DNA of 64,000 bases from an uncultured Clostridia bacterium (lineage in GTDB: Bacteria > Bacillota > Clostridia > TANB77 > CAG-508). The position numbers were made by a program, and so were the translations under genes. Within the stretch, counting starts at the first letter, position 1. Every line of letters begins with the position of its first letter. The notes beneath the pieces are model-generated. The model saw nothing but the letters and a program-made list of their open reading frames with translations, ran no database searches and was not told the origin of the DNA. Shown here one piece after another: positions 18,828 to 32,520 of this stretch. The DNA lies in assembly GCA_944386325.1 (NCBI GenBank), contig CALXAP010000005.1:32377-96376 (forward strand), given 5' to 3'.

Positions 18828-19499
18828 GTGAATTATTATAATTTAAAAATAGTTGCATTATTAAAACAAGATTTAGATAATTTTAGTGCTTATGAAAAAA
18901 TATCTAATTTAATATCTTTATCAATGTTAAAAGACAATAACTTAAAGCAGATACATGAGCAAAATACATATAAAAACTATGTGTTTTGTAATTTATATCC
19001 AATTGAAAAAGATTCAATATATAAAAAGAATAACATTTATACTTTTGATTTAAGAGGTATAGAAATAGAAAAAATATTAAAGTTAAAACAAGTTATGAAT
19101 AATGCAGAAAATGATTATTTAAAAGTAATTCAAATTATTTTTCAAACAAATCAGCAAAGAGAAATTAAGAAATTAATTACTTTAACTCCTACTATTATAA
19201 CTACAGAAAAAGGAGATTATGATATAAAAGATAATTTAGAATTTGTTAAGCAAAGAATACTTGCAAACACGCAAAAAAAATATAAGAATATCTTTAAAGA
19301 TAATGTAAATATTGATTTTATAAAAGATATAAAGAAAACTAATGTTAAACCAATAAAAATACCTTATAAAAATATAAATATACTTGGAAATAAGTTTGAA
19401 TTATTTATAAATGAAGATAAAATGTCACAAGATTTAGCATTTCTTATATTATCAATTGGATGTCTAGAAAAAAATGCAATAGGTTTTCGGATTTTGTAA
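18828..19499 (+). CDS. cas6: CRISPR endoribonuclease Cas6, type I-B.
   Basis: First gene of the cas operon. Size and position are typical of I-B Cas6. GTG start. Confidence 0.6.
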   Translation: MNYYNLKIVALLKQDLDNFSAYEKISNLISLSMLKDNNLKQIHEQNTYKNYVFCNLYPIEKDSIYKKNNIYTFDLRGIEIEKILKLKQVMNNAENDYLKVIQIIFQTNQQREIKKLITLTPTIITTEKGDYDIKDNLEFVKQRILANTQKKYKNIFKDNVNIDFIKDIKKTNVKPIKIPYKNINILGNKFELFINEDKMSQDLAFLILSIGCLEKNAIGFRIL

Positions 19500-19520
19500 A
19501 GCAAGGTAGGAGGTGAGAAA

Positions 19521-22239
<2,719 letters not shown>

Positions 22240-22253
22240 AAAGAGAGAAAAAA

Positions 22254-23024
22254 ATGGAAACTATAAAATTTGAATTAAAATCAAATATGGCTATTATTAA
22301 AAAGCCTGATAGTAATGAAACATATTATACATATAATTTTCCTCATAAAATTATGCTTTTAGGCTTATTAGGTGCTATTATTGGGTTAAATGGATATAAT
22401 TATTATTCTTTTCAAAAATGTATAGGAAACAAAGTAAAAGAAATTCCTGAGTTTTATGAAAAATTAAAAAATTTAAAAATTGCTATTGTTCCAAAGATTG
22501 GTAAGGATAATTTTTCAAGGAAAATTCAGAGTTTTAACAATTCAGTAGGATATGCATCTAAGGAACAAGGGAATAATCTTATTGTAAAAGAGCAGTGGTT
22601 AGAAAAACCAAGATGGATAATATACATATTAGAAAATGATAGTGAAGAATATAGAAAAATAAAAGAATATCTTATAAATAAGAAATGCGAATATATTCCA
22701 TATATAGGAAAAAATGATCACTTTGCGGATATATCAAATGTAAAAGTAGAGAATGTGTCTAATATAAAAGAAAAAATTTCAGTAATAAATAGTATTTTTG
22801 AAGAGAAAATTGCAGAACTAAAAGATAATTTATTTGATGAAATATTAGGATTTGATAATAGGGAAAAAAAGGAATATTTATATAAGGAATTATTGCCAAT
22901 AGAATTAAATGAGAAAATAGGATATAGTAAGTTTTCTAATTTTATGTTTACAAACCAAGAATTAGATGTTAAAGAAAATATAAATATTTATAGAGTTCAG
23001 AATGAAAATATATATTATTTTTAA
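22254..23024 (+). CDS. cas5: Cas5, type I-B.
   Basis: 256 aa protein following cas7. N-terminal beta-hairpin-like sequence typical of Cas5. Confidence 0.6.
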   Translation: METIKFELKSNMAIIKKPDSNETYYTYNFPHKIMLLGLLGAIIGLNGYNYYSFQKCIGNKVKEIPEFYEKLKNLKIAIVPKIGKDNFSRKIQSFNNSVGYASKEQGNNLIVKEQWLEKPRWIIYILENDSEEYRKIKEYLINKKCEYIPYIGKNDHFADISNVKVENVSNIKEKISVINSIFEEKIAELKDNLFDEILGFDNREKKEYLYKELLPIELNEKIGYSKFSNFMFTNQELDVKENINIYRVQNENIYYF

Positions 23025-23056
23025 CATTATGAAGAAAGGAAAGTAATAATATTTAT

Positions 23057-25465
23057 ATGAATAATGAATATATAGAAAAGTTATTAAAAAATTTAAAACA
23101 TAAATATTATGCACATACAAAAGATAATGGAGAATGTGAATTATTAATTTCACATTTAGATTTAACTTATAAATATTATAAAAAAATGGAGAAAGATAAA
23201 GATTTAGATTATATAATCAAGAATATTATTGAAAAAACATTTAATGTTAATGGTGTAATTACAGAAGAAATATATGAATTATTCAAGCAGGCTATTTATT
23301 ATCATGATATAGGAAAAATAAATCCACTATTTCAAAAAAATAAAATGAATAATGATTTAAATATAAAAGTTGATAATGCTGATGATACTCATGCAGCATT
23401 ATCAGCTAGAATATATATAGATTCAATAATAAATGAAATAAAAGTTAATAGCAAAAGAAATCAATATGAAAATATAATTATCTTATATTGTGGCTACTAT
23501 TTTGGATATATTATTTCAAGGCACCATACAAAATTAGAAGCATTAAGCAATTTATTGGATTCTATAAAAGATAAGAAAATACCAGAAATACCAGAACCGT
23601 TGATAAATATATATGAAAAACAATTGAATATGGATAGTTTAAATAAAATATTAGAAAGACTGAAAGTTAATGCTTTAGAAATGTATATATTATGCAAAGT
23701 TCTATATTCATGTATAATATCAGCAGATTTTTATGCTACTTATGATTATATGACAGGAAAAGAAGTAAATTTTAAAATTGATAAGAAAAATGATTTATTT
23801 AAGGAATATGAGGAATCAGAACTTTTTGAAATAATAAAAAAATATGAGAGAAGAGAAATAAAATTAGAAGGAATAAATAAATTAAGAAGTGATATGTTTT
23901 TAGAAGCGGAAAGTACATTAAAGAAAAATTTAGATAAAAATATATTTTATTTAGAAGCTCCCACTGGAGCTGGAAAGACAAATATGGCAATTAATTTAGC
24001 GAAAATATTATATGAAAATATAGAAAATATCAATTCTATACATTATATATTTCCGTTCAATAATATTATAGAACAAACTGATAAAACATTTAGTGAATAT
24101 TTTAGTAAATATGAAGATTATGTAGTTATTAATTCTATTTCTGCAATGGCAATAGATGAAAATGAAAAATTAGATTATGAAATGATTTATATGAGGAATA
24201 TTTTCAATCAATATCCAATTTTAATAACATCTCATATTAATTTATTTAATACTTTTTTTGGAACAGGTAAAGAAAAAAATTATAGTTTGTATAATTATGT
24301 TAATAGTATTGTTATATTAGATGAAATTCAGTCTTACTCCAATAATATTTGGTATGAAATGATAGAGATGTTTGATAAATATGCAAAATTATTAAATATA
24401 AAGTTTATTATAATGTCTGCTACCTTACCAAGACTTGACAAATTACTGAATAAAAATATATCAAGTTTTTGTCAATTAATTTGTAATACTAAAAAATATT
24501 ATGAAAATAAAATTTTTGGAAGAAGAGTTATATTAAATTATGAATTATTAGATAAAAAAATTAATATTGATCTATTAATTGACGAAATATTAAAACATAA
24601 AAATAGAAAAGTTTTAATAGAACTAATAAAAAAAGATAGTGCTGAAAAATTATATGAAAAACTAAAAGATGAGTGTAGAAATACATATATTATGACAGGA
24701 GATGATAATAAGTATTCAAGACAAAAAATAATAGAAAAAGCAAAGCAGTGTAAAGAAATGATTTTAGTAGCAACTCAAACCATTGAAGCAGGAGTTGATA
24801 TAGATATGGATGTAGGATTTAAAGATATATCATTTCTTGATAGTGAAGAACAATTCATTGGTAGGATAAATAGGTCAAATAAAAAAGAGAATTGTTTAGC
24901 ATATTTTTTTAATTTAGATGATGCAAATATTATTTATAAAAAAGATAAAAGATTAGAATATAATTTAAATAAAAATGAAAGTAGAAAATGGCTAGAAAAT
25001 AAAAGATTTGATTTGTTTTATGATAAAATTTTAGAAAGAATAAAAGAAGAAAGTTCAAAATATACTAATGAAAATATTGAAGAGTTTAGAAAATATTGTA
25101 AGATTATTAATTATAAGAAAATCGAAGAAAAAATGCAATTAATAAAAACCAATTCAATAGATATTTTTATTAATTACACAATTAAAATAGATGGACAAGA
25201 AATTAATGGTAAAGATGTTTTTAGAAAATATATAGAAATATACAACAATAAAAATATTTCATATTCAGAAAGAAAAGTAAAGTTATCGCAAATAGCTGAA
25301 AATTTAAATTTATTTGTATACTCTTTACCAATAAACAGTATGCGTCTAATAGAAGGTGAAAAGATATGTGGAATGTTTTATATTGAAGAAGGAACAAAAT
25401 ATATAAAAGATGGAAGATTTAACAGAGGAAAGTATATAGAAGAAGGAGAAGGACTATTTTTATGA
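23057..25465 (+). CDS. cas3: Cas3 HD nuclease plus DEAD/DEAH helicase.
   Basis: HD-domain motifs near the N-terminus (H...HD.GK), Walker A APTGAGKT, and DEAH-like VILDEIQ. Confidence 0.85.
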   Translation: MNNEYIEKLLKNLKHKYYAHTKDNGECELLISHLDLTYKYYKKMEKDKDLDYIIKNIIEKTFNVNGVITEEIYELFKQAIYYHDIGKINPLFQKNKMNNDLNIKVDNADDTHAALSARIYIDSIINEIKVNSKRNQYENIIILYCGYYFGYIISRHHTKLEALSNLLDSIKDKKIPEIPEPLINIYEKQLNMDSLNKILERLKVNALEMYILCKVLYSCIISADFYATYDYMTGKEVNFKIDKKNDLFKEYEESELFEIIKKYERREIKLEGINKLRSDMFLEAESTLKKNLDKNIFYLEAPTGAGKTNMAINLAKILYENIENINSIHYIFPFNNIIEQTDKTFSEYFSKYEDYVVINSISAMAIDENEKLDYEMIYMRNIFNQYPILITSHINLFNTFFGTGKEKNYSLYNYVNSIVILDEIQSYSNNIWYEMIEMFDKYAKLLNIKFIIMSATLPRLDKLLNKNISSFCQLICNTKKYYENKIFGRRVILNYELLDKKINIDLLIDEILKHKNRKVLIELIKKDSAEKLYEKLKDECRNTYIMTGDDNKYSRQKIIEKAKQCKEMILVATQTIEAGVDIDMDVGFKDISFLDSEEQFIGRINRSNKKENCLAYFFNLDDANIIYKKDKRLEYNLNKNESRKWLENKRFDLFYDKILERIKEESSKYTNENIEEFRKYCKIINYKKIEEKMQLIKTNSIDIFINYTIKIDGQEINGKDVFRKYIEIYNNKNISYSERKVKLSQIAENLNLFVYSLPINSMRLIEGEKICGMFYIEEGTKYIKDGRFNRGKYIEEGEGLFL

Positions 25466-25959
25466 AAATAACAGGGACAGTTATAAATTATTATTTCCAT
25501 TGTAAAAGACAGTGTTATCTATTTGCAAATAAAATTAATTTAGAAGATAATTCAGAAGATGTTAGAATTGGTAGAGTATTACATGAAATAAAATCTAAAG
25601 ATGGAAAAAATACAGAAATAAAATATGAAGATATGGTAGTAGATAAAGTAACATCAAAATATGTAGAAGAATATAAAAAAAGTGATTCAGATACAGAAGC
25701 TGCTAAAATGCAGTTATTGTTTTATTTAAAAAACTTAAGAGATAAGGGAATTTATAAAAAAGGAAGATTAATTTACAATGAGAAGAATAATAAAGAAAGT
25801 AAAAAATCAGAGATAGTAGAATTAAATGATAAAGATATAGAGAAATTAAATAATTGTATTAAAGAAATAGAAATATTAATAAATAGAAATACTGTGCCAG
25901 ATGTAGAAAAAGAAAATAAATGTAAAAAATGTGCATATTATGAATACTGTTATATATAA
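25462..25959 (+). CDS. cas4: Cas4 RecB-like nuclease.
   Basis: N-terminal Cys (YFHCKRQCYL) and a C-terminal CKKCAYYEYC 4Fe-4S cluster motif. Overlaps the cas3 stop codon. Confidence 0.8.
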   Translation: MKITGTVINYYFHCKRQCYLFANKINLEDNSEDVRIGRVLHEIKSKDGKNTEIKYEDMVVDKVTSKYVEEYKKSDSDTEAAKMQLLFYLKNLRDKGIYKKGRLIYNEKNNKESKKSEIVELNDKDIEKLNNCIKEIEILINRNTVPDVEKENKCKKCAYYEYCYI

Positions 25960-25982
25960 AATCAAAAGTTTGGGAGAAAAGA

Positions 25983-26984
25983 ATGAAATCAGAAACTAAA
26001 TATATATTTTCAAGAGGAGACTTGTCTAGACAAGATTTTAGCATTAAATATAAAAATGATAAGGGAAATTTTTATTTACCAATAGAGAAGATAAAAGAAT
26101 TATATTGTTTTAATGATATTACAATATCTACAAAATTGTTAGATATATTGTCAACAGCTGGTATTGTAGTACATTTTTTTAATTATTATGAAAATTATGT
26201 AGGAACATTTTACCCAAAAAAGTCATTAATTAGTGGAAGGTTGGTTGTAAAACAATCACTTAAGTTTGAAAATAACAGACTAATAATAGCAAAAGCAATA
26301 GTAAATGGAATTGCTAAAAATATAAGAAATGTTTTATACCATTATTATAGACATGGCATAAAAGAACTAAAAAGTTTTATAGATTTTTGTAATAAAGATG
26401 TAGAAAAATTATTAGATAAAACTAAAGATATAAAACAAATCTTATCAATTGAAGGGAAAATATGGTCAAACTTTTATTCATCTTTTAAATATTTTTTGCC
26501 AGAGGATTTTATAATAAATAAGAGAGTTAAAAGACCACCAGATAATCCAATGAATGCTATGATATCATTTGGAAATACATTATTATATACTAAAACAATT
26601 TCTCAAATATATAATACACATTTAGAACAATCAATTTCTTTTTTACATGAACCGAGCGAAGCAAGGTTTTCTTTAAGTTTAGATTTAAGTGAAGTATTTA
26701 AACCAATTATAGTTTTTAAGACAATATTTGATTTAGTAAATAATAAAAAAATAAAAGTCGAAAAACATTTTGAAGAAAAACTGAATTATTCATTATTAAA
26801 TGAAGAAGGAAAAAAGATTTTTATAGAAGCTTTTGAAAACAGGATTAATCAAACATTTGAACATCCAAAATTAAAAAGAAAAATTACATATAAGCAAGCA
26901 ATAAGATTAGATGGATATAAGCTTATAAAGTATATTATAGAAGATAAAGAATTTATTCCATTTGATTTGGAAAAAAAGGAGTAA
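25983..26984 (+). CDS. cas1: Cas1 integrase.
   Basis: 333 aa. Conserved Cas1 acidic residues and position immediately before cas2. Confidence 0.8.
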   Translation: MKSETKYIFSRGDLSRQDFSIKYKNDKGNFYLPIEKIKELYCFNDITISTKLLDILSTAGIVVHFFNYYENYVGTFYPKKSLISGRLVVKQSLKFENNRLIIAKAIVNGIAKNIRNVLYHYYRHGIKELKSFIDFCNKDVEKLLDKTKDIKQILSIEGKIWSNFYSSFKYFLPEDFIINKRVKRPPDNPMNAMISFGNTLLYTKTISQIYNTHLEQSISFLHEPSEARFSLSLDLSEVFKPIIVFKTIFDLVNNKKIKVEKHFEEKLNYSLLNEEGKKIFIEAFENRINQTFEHPKLKRKITYKQAIRLDGYKLIKYIIEDKEFIPFDLEKKE

Positions 26985-26985
26985 A

Positions 26986-27273
26986 ATGAATAAAAAAATA
27001 AATTATAATTATGTATTTTTGTTTTATGATATAGAAGAAAAAAGAGTAAATAAAGTTTTTAAAAAATGTAAAAAATATTTAAATCATTGGCAAAAATCTG
27101 TATTTAGAGGGGCATTAACAAATTCTCAGATAATGGAATTAGAAAATGAGTTGAAACTAATAATAAATAAAGAGAAAGATTTTATATCTATTATAAAAAT
27201 AATGGATTTTAAAACAATTGGAGAAACTACTTTGGGAAATAATAAGATAAATACAGAAGATATATTTCTATGA
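26986..27273 (+). CDS. cas2: Cas2.
   Basis: MNKKINYNYVFLFYDIEEKRVNKV is the typical Cas2 N-terminal beta-strand. About 95 aa. Confidence 0.8.
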   Translation: MNKKINYNYVFLFYDIEEKRVNKVFKKCKKYLNHWQKSVFRGALTNSQIMELENELKLIINKEKDFISIIKIMDFKTIGETTLGNNKINTEDIFL

Positions 27274-27411
27274 TTTTTTCCAGGTTATTAATTTTTTTGT
27301 TAATATATAAGGTTATAAAAAAAATGATTTATCTGGAAAAAAATAATAAAATAGTTAATATATGAATGAAATTTTATTATATATGAATGTAAAAACATTC
27401 ATTTTTCAATG
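27274..27411 (+). promoter_or_regulatory. CRISPR leader (AT-rich), cas2-proximal.
   Basis: 138 bp AT-rich region between cas2 and the first repeat. Degenerate repeats sit at the opposite end of the array. Confidence 0.6.
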
Positions 27412-30280
27412 GTTAAACTATAACATGAGATGTATTTAAATGAGACAATCACATTCGATTGTCTTTCTTTGTGGTATGTTAAACTATAACATGAGATGTA
27501 TTTAAATAGAGTATCCATGCACATCTGACATTTGTTATAGAAAGTTAAACTATAACATGAGATGTATTTAAATTGAGACCGATGAAAATGATAAGCGCCG
27601 TCTTTATGTTAAACTATAACATGAGATGTATTTAAATGCCATTTTTTTATCAGCTTCTTCTTTAATTTTCTTAGTTAAACTATAACATGAGATGTATTTA
27701 AATATTAAATGCTGAAGGATATGGATTAGGTGGTGCAACGTTAAACTATAACATGAGATGTATTTAAATAATTTTCGGTCATGCTTTTATTTATAATAGC
27801 ATTAAGTTAAACTATAACATGAGATGTATTTAAATTATTTTTCAGCTTTTTTTAAACCCCTACTACAAAAAGTTAAACTATAACATGAGATGTATTTAAA
27901 TCCGCGGAACTTATGTACAAAATACTAGATACTTTGGGTTAAACTATAACATGAGATGTATTTAAATATGCTTATGATACTTTTGAGACAATTAAGACTT
28001 AAAGTTAAACTATAACATGAGATGTATTTAAATATAACAATATTTTTGTTAGTATTTGGAACAGGTAGAGTTAAACTATAACATGAGATGTATTTAAATA
28101 GGTGTTATTTCTCCTCGTTGGGTTGATTTGTTTGAGTTAAACTATAACATGAGATGTATTTAAATCATTCTGTAGATATATATGTAAGATTTATAAGAGA
28201 TAGTTAAACTATAACATGAGATGTATTTAAATCTGCTCTTTTTCCTGATTTAGCTAATATATTTACTTGTTAAACTATAACATGAGATGTATTTAAATCC
28301 ATATTGAGAAGTAAAAGCATCCGAAAAAGAGTTATGTTAAACTATAACATGAGATGTATTTAAATTCTTCAGAAGCCTGAGAAGACAGAAAGTCATTTTG
28401 GTTAAACTATAACATGAGATGTATTTAAATTCGGCCTCATGAAAGGGCTTGAAGATTTGTATAAAAAGTTAAACTATAACATGAGATGTATTTAAATAAA
28501 ACATCCTTATTAACAAAACAAGTAACAATATAAGTTAAACTATAACATGAGATGTATTTAAATAATAATTTTGTAACAACAAAAAATATCGCCTGTATTG
28601 TTAAACTATAACATGAGATGTATTTAAATTACTACGTCAAACTCGTATATTTCAACAAGTAAATCGTTAAACTATAACATGAGATGTATTTAAATTAGTA
28701 GAAGTGATTATAATGATGTTAAAAATTTTGTGTTAAACTATAACATGAGATGTATTTAAATCCTACTATACCCCATAAGTTTGTTGCAGATAGCTCTGTT
28801 AAACTATAACATGAGATGTATTTAAATAAAACATACTCAACTACACGCCATTCATAATCTTTAGTTAAACTATAACATGAGATGTATTTAAATTTTTCAT
28901 GTGTAAGTATAAAAGTAATAATATCATCAAGTTAAACTATAACATGAGATGTATTTAAATGAAGAAGAAATTAGACGCATTAGTTTAAGTCGAACTAAGT
29001 TAAACTATAACATGAGATGTATTTAAATTTACTATAATTATAATTAAATATTATATCAGAATTTGTTAAACTATAACATGAGATGTATTTAAATCCGTAT
29101 TGAGCAGTCCAAACATCTGTAAAACTGTTGTGTTAAACTATAACATGAGATGTATTTAAATTATTTTTCAGCTTTCTTTAAGCCTCTAGAACAAAAATGT
29201 TAAACTATAACATGAGATGTATTTAAATCTATCATTAGCCTGAGAATTAAGAAAATCGTTTTGGTTAAACTATAACATGAGATGTATTTAAATAACATTT
29301 TAGAATTGTAATAACCATATTCATTTTTAGTTAAACTATAACATGAGATGTATTTAAATATATCAAATTTCTTGTAATATGTTTCAGTTTTTTGGGTTAA
29401 ACTATAACATGAGATGTATTTAAATTATAGATTGGCGGAACCTTTCGCAAGAGAGGGTTCCGTTAAACTATAACATGAGATGTATTTAAATAGGTGTTAT
29501 TTCTCCACGTTGGTCTGATTTATTTGAGTTAAACTATAACATGAGATGTATTTAAATAACATTTTAGAATTATAATATCCAAACTCATTTTTAGTTAAAC
29601 TATAACATGAGATGTATTTAAATCAATTCATATCACAGACAGTTTTATAATCGCAAAAGTTAAACTATAACATGAGATGTATTTAAATATATACAACTGG
29701 AGGAGGAGCGGGTTGCTTTGGAAGGTTAAACTATAACATGAGATGTATTTAAATGACTTAATAAATAAAAACCGAAAAGAACCAGTGGTAGGTTAAACTA
29801 TAACATGAGATGTATTTAAATTTAAAACTTGCGTATACGTACGCTTTATCACCAAGGTTAAACTATAACATGAGATGTATTTAAATTCTACATATGATAG
29901 AAGATACATAGATGAAAAAACAGTTAAACTATAACATGAGATGTATTTAAATTGTATATTCATTTAAACTAATCCATTCTTCCATTTTGTTAAACTATAA
30001 CATGAGATGTATTTAAATGAAACTCCATTTTCGCCACCTAAAAATGTATTAAGTTAAACTATAACATGAGATGTATTTAAATTTTACATTCTAGTATGTT
30101 TATATTAATACTTTAGATGTTAAACTATAACATAAGATGTATTTAAATATTAAATGCTATTGCAAGAATACTATATAAAGACAAGTTAAACTATAAGATG
30201 AGATGTATTTAAATTAAGAATTTGATAATTCTACAGGTAAAAAGAAAATTGTTAAACTATAACATGATGTATTAACACTA
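27412..30280 (+). CRISPR. CRISPR array: about 44 copies of the 30 bp repeat GTTAAACTATAACATGAGATGTATTTAAAT with 35-37 bp spacers.
   Basis: Perfect periodicity of about 66 bp. The three leader-distal repeats are degenerate (30123, 30185, 30251), fixing the leader at the cas2 side. Confidence 0.97.
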
Positions 30281-30306
30281 TAAATAATAAAAAAGGAAAA
30301 ATTCAT

Positions 30307-30762
30307 ATGAAAATATTAATAATAGGAACAGTAGGTACAGGAAAAACAACATTAGCTAAAAAATTATCTAAACAGTATAATATAAAATACTATGAAATAG
30401 ACTCAATTGTACATGACGACAATAATAAAATAAAAAGGACAAGTAAGCAACAAGATGAAATAATAGAAAAAATAAATAATAATGTAAATTGGATAATAGA
30501 AGGTGTATTAAGAAAAAATCTATATTATTTATTAGAATTAGCAGATAAAATCATATATTTGGATATAAGTAAAAAAGTAAGAAATAGAAGAATATTAATA
30601 AGATACATAAAACAAAAATTAGGACTAGAACAAGCTAATTATGTTCCTAGTTTAAACATGTTAAAAAATATGTATAAATGGTCAGAAAAGTATGATAAAA
30701 ATAAGCATGAGATTATGCAAACATTAGATAAATATAAAGACAAAATTGAAATAATAAAATAA
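30307..30762 (+). CDS. P-loop NTPase, adenylate-kinase/AAA-like (topology-modulation-protein-like).
   Basis: MKILIIGTVGTGKTTLAKKL Walker A motif. 151 aa. Confidence 0.5.
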   Translation: MKILIIGTVGTGKTTLAKKLSKQYNIKYYEIDSIVHDDNNKIKRTSKQQDEIIEKINNNVNWIIEGVLRKNLYYLLELADKIIYLDISKKVRNRRILIRYIKQKLGLEQANYVPSLNMLKNMYKWSEKYDKNKHEIMQTLDKYKDKIEIIK

Positions 30763-30879
30763 TTAATATATATTAAAAATATAAATTGATTAAAAATAAA
30801 AATAAATATTCATAAATCCAAAACATAAATGCATAAAGAGGACAGAAATAACTAAAATTAAATTAGGAGGAAAATAACA

Positions 30880-30975
30880 TTGTTTTGGATCGGATTAATA
30901 ATAGGATTATTTATAGGTGCAAATATAGCTATAATAATATTTGCATGTATATCAATTAAAAAAAGTAAAATTTGA
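30880..30975 (+). CDS. Putative 31 aa hydrophobic peptide (MFWIGLIIGLFIGANIAIIIFACISIKKSKI), TTG start.
   Basis: GGAGG RBS 9 nt upstream of the TTG. Single TM helix plus a basic tail. Followed by a palindromic terminator (TATACTATTAATTTAGTATA then T6). Confidence 0.3.
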   Translation: MFWIGLIIGLFIGANIAIIIFACISIKKSKI

Positions 30976-31005
30976 ATTTATACTATTAATTTAGTATAAA
31001 TTTTT

Positions 31006-31138
31006 TACTTTATAGAAATTTTCATTCCCTATAAAGTAAAAAATAGATGCACAGAAAAATCTTATATACTTCTTGCTAGACCTTAAATTAATGTAACAAA
31101 AATTAAAAATTAGGAATAAGTCTAGTGAAACTAGATTT
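31006..31138 (+). ncRNA. Conserved intergenic element, copy B (homolog of 12581-12712).
   Basis: Same two covarying hairpins and the conserved core ACAGAAAAATCTT(A/G)TATA(C/T)TTCTTG...CTTAAATTAATGT. Lies about 100 bp upstream of the alarmone synthetase gene. Confidence 0.35.
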
Positions 31139-31234
31139 GATTAAATTTCACAAAAAAGACATATAAAATAAATAATCTGACAATAAATCAAATATATAAT
31201 GCAAGAAAAATTAAAGAAAGAGGTATAAAAATAG

Positions 31235-31846
31235 ATGCAAAATTCATTCTATAAAGATTCAATAGTTTTATTGGAAGGAGTTATAGCAGAAATGCAGGCA
31301 AGACTAGATATAATAAGAAAGTATAAAATAGTACATAATGATAGAGATCCAATAGAATATATTACATCAAGAGTAAAAACAGAAGAGAGTATGAAAGAAA
31401 AACTAAAAAGAAAAAATTTGCAAGTAAATTTAGAAAATGCATTGACCAAAATATATGATGCTGCAGGAATTAGAATTATATGTGCATATATAGATGATGT
31501 TTATTCTGTAGTAAAAATGCTAAAAAAATTTAAAGATTTAAAATTAATAGAAGAAAAGGATTATATTAAAAATCCCAAACCTAATGGATATAGAAGTTAT
31601 CATATAATATTTCAAGTTCCATTAGATATTGCAGGAGAGGTACATCCAGTAAATATTGAAATTCAAATAAGAACAATAGCTATGGATTTTTGGGCAAGTT
31701 TAGAACATCAAATGAAATATAAAAAAGATATAAAAAATCAAGAAATGATAGTAGAAGAATTAAAAAGATGTGCAGATGAAATTGCAACTACAGATATAAA
31801 CATGTTAGCAATAAGAAATATGATAAATGAAGAAAAGGAGAAATAA
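31235..31846 (+). CDS. Small alarmone synthetase (GTP pyrophosphokinase, RelP/RelQ / YjbM-YwaC family).
   Basis: RelA/SpoT synthetase domain motifs (DAAGIRIICAYIDDVY...NGYRSYHIIFQVP...EIQIRTIAMDFWA). No hydrolase or regulatory domains. Confidence 0.7.
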   Translation: MQNSFYKDSIVLLEGVIAEMQARLDIIRKYKIVHNDRDPIEYITSRVKTEESMKEKLKRKNLQVNLENALTKIYDAAGIRIICAYIDDVYSVVKMLKKFKDLKLIEEKDYIKNPKPNGYRSYHIIFQVPLDIAGEVHPVNIEIQIRTIAMDFWASLEHQMKYKKDIKNQEMIVEELKRCADEIATTDINMLAIRNMINEEKEK

Positions 31847-31848
31847 AT

Positions 31849-32520
31849 ATGAAAGAAAAAATAAAAATATTGTTGGCAGATGATGAAAAAGATTTAGCAA
31901 AAGCTGTAGCAACAATTTTAACTTATAGTAATTATAATGTTGATGTTGTAAATAATGGAAAAGAAGCAATAGAAAAAATAAATAATAAAATATATGATTT
32001 AATAATTTTAGATATTATGATGCCAGTGATGGACGGTATACAAGTACTAAAAGAATTAAGAAAAAATAATATAAAAACACCAGTTATTTTATTAACAGCT
32101 AAATCTCAAGTAGATGATAAAGTAGAAGGTTTAGATTCTGGAGCAAATGATTATTTAACAAAACCATTTGATAAAAAGGAATTACTGGCAAGAATAAGAG
32201 CTTTAACAAGAATAAAAGAAGAAAATGAAGAAAAATATGAAGTAGGAAATATTGTGTTTGATAAAGAAACATCAGTATTATCTAGTAAAAAAGCATCTTT
32301 ACATTTAAACAATAAAGAATGTGAAATAATGGAGATTTTAGTTAAAAATCAAGAAAGAAATATTAGTAAAAAAGAACTAAAAAATAGAATATGGGTAAAT
32401 GAAAAAAATGATGATAATATTGTTACAATGTATATATCTTATCTACAAGAAAAATTTTCAGCTTTAGGTGCTAATATGAAAATTAGTTATAAAAATGGTT
32501 ATGTATTGGAGAAATTATAA
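31849..32520 (+). CDS. OmpR-family response regulator.
   Basis: Receiver domain (LLADDE...ILDIMMP...LLTAK) plus a winged-helix DNA-binding C-terminus. Begins 3 nt after the alarmone-synthetase stop. Confidence 0.8.
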   Translation: MKEKIKILLADDEKDLAKAVATILTYSNYNVDVVNNGKEAIEKINNKIYDLIILDIMMPVMDGIQVLKELRKNNIKTPVILLTAKSQVDDKVEGLDSGANDYLTKPFDKKELLARIRALTRIKEENEEKYEVGNIVFDKETSVLSSKKASLHLNNKECEIMEILVKNQERNISKKELKNRIWVNEKNDDNIVTMYISYLQEKFSALGANMKISYKNGYVLEKL

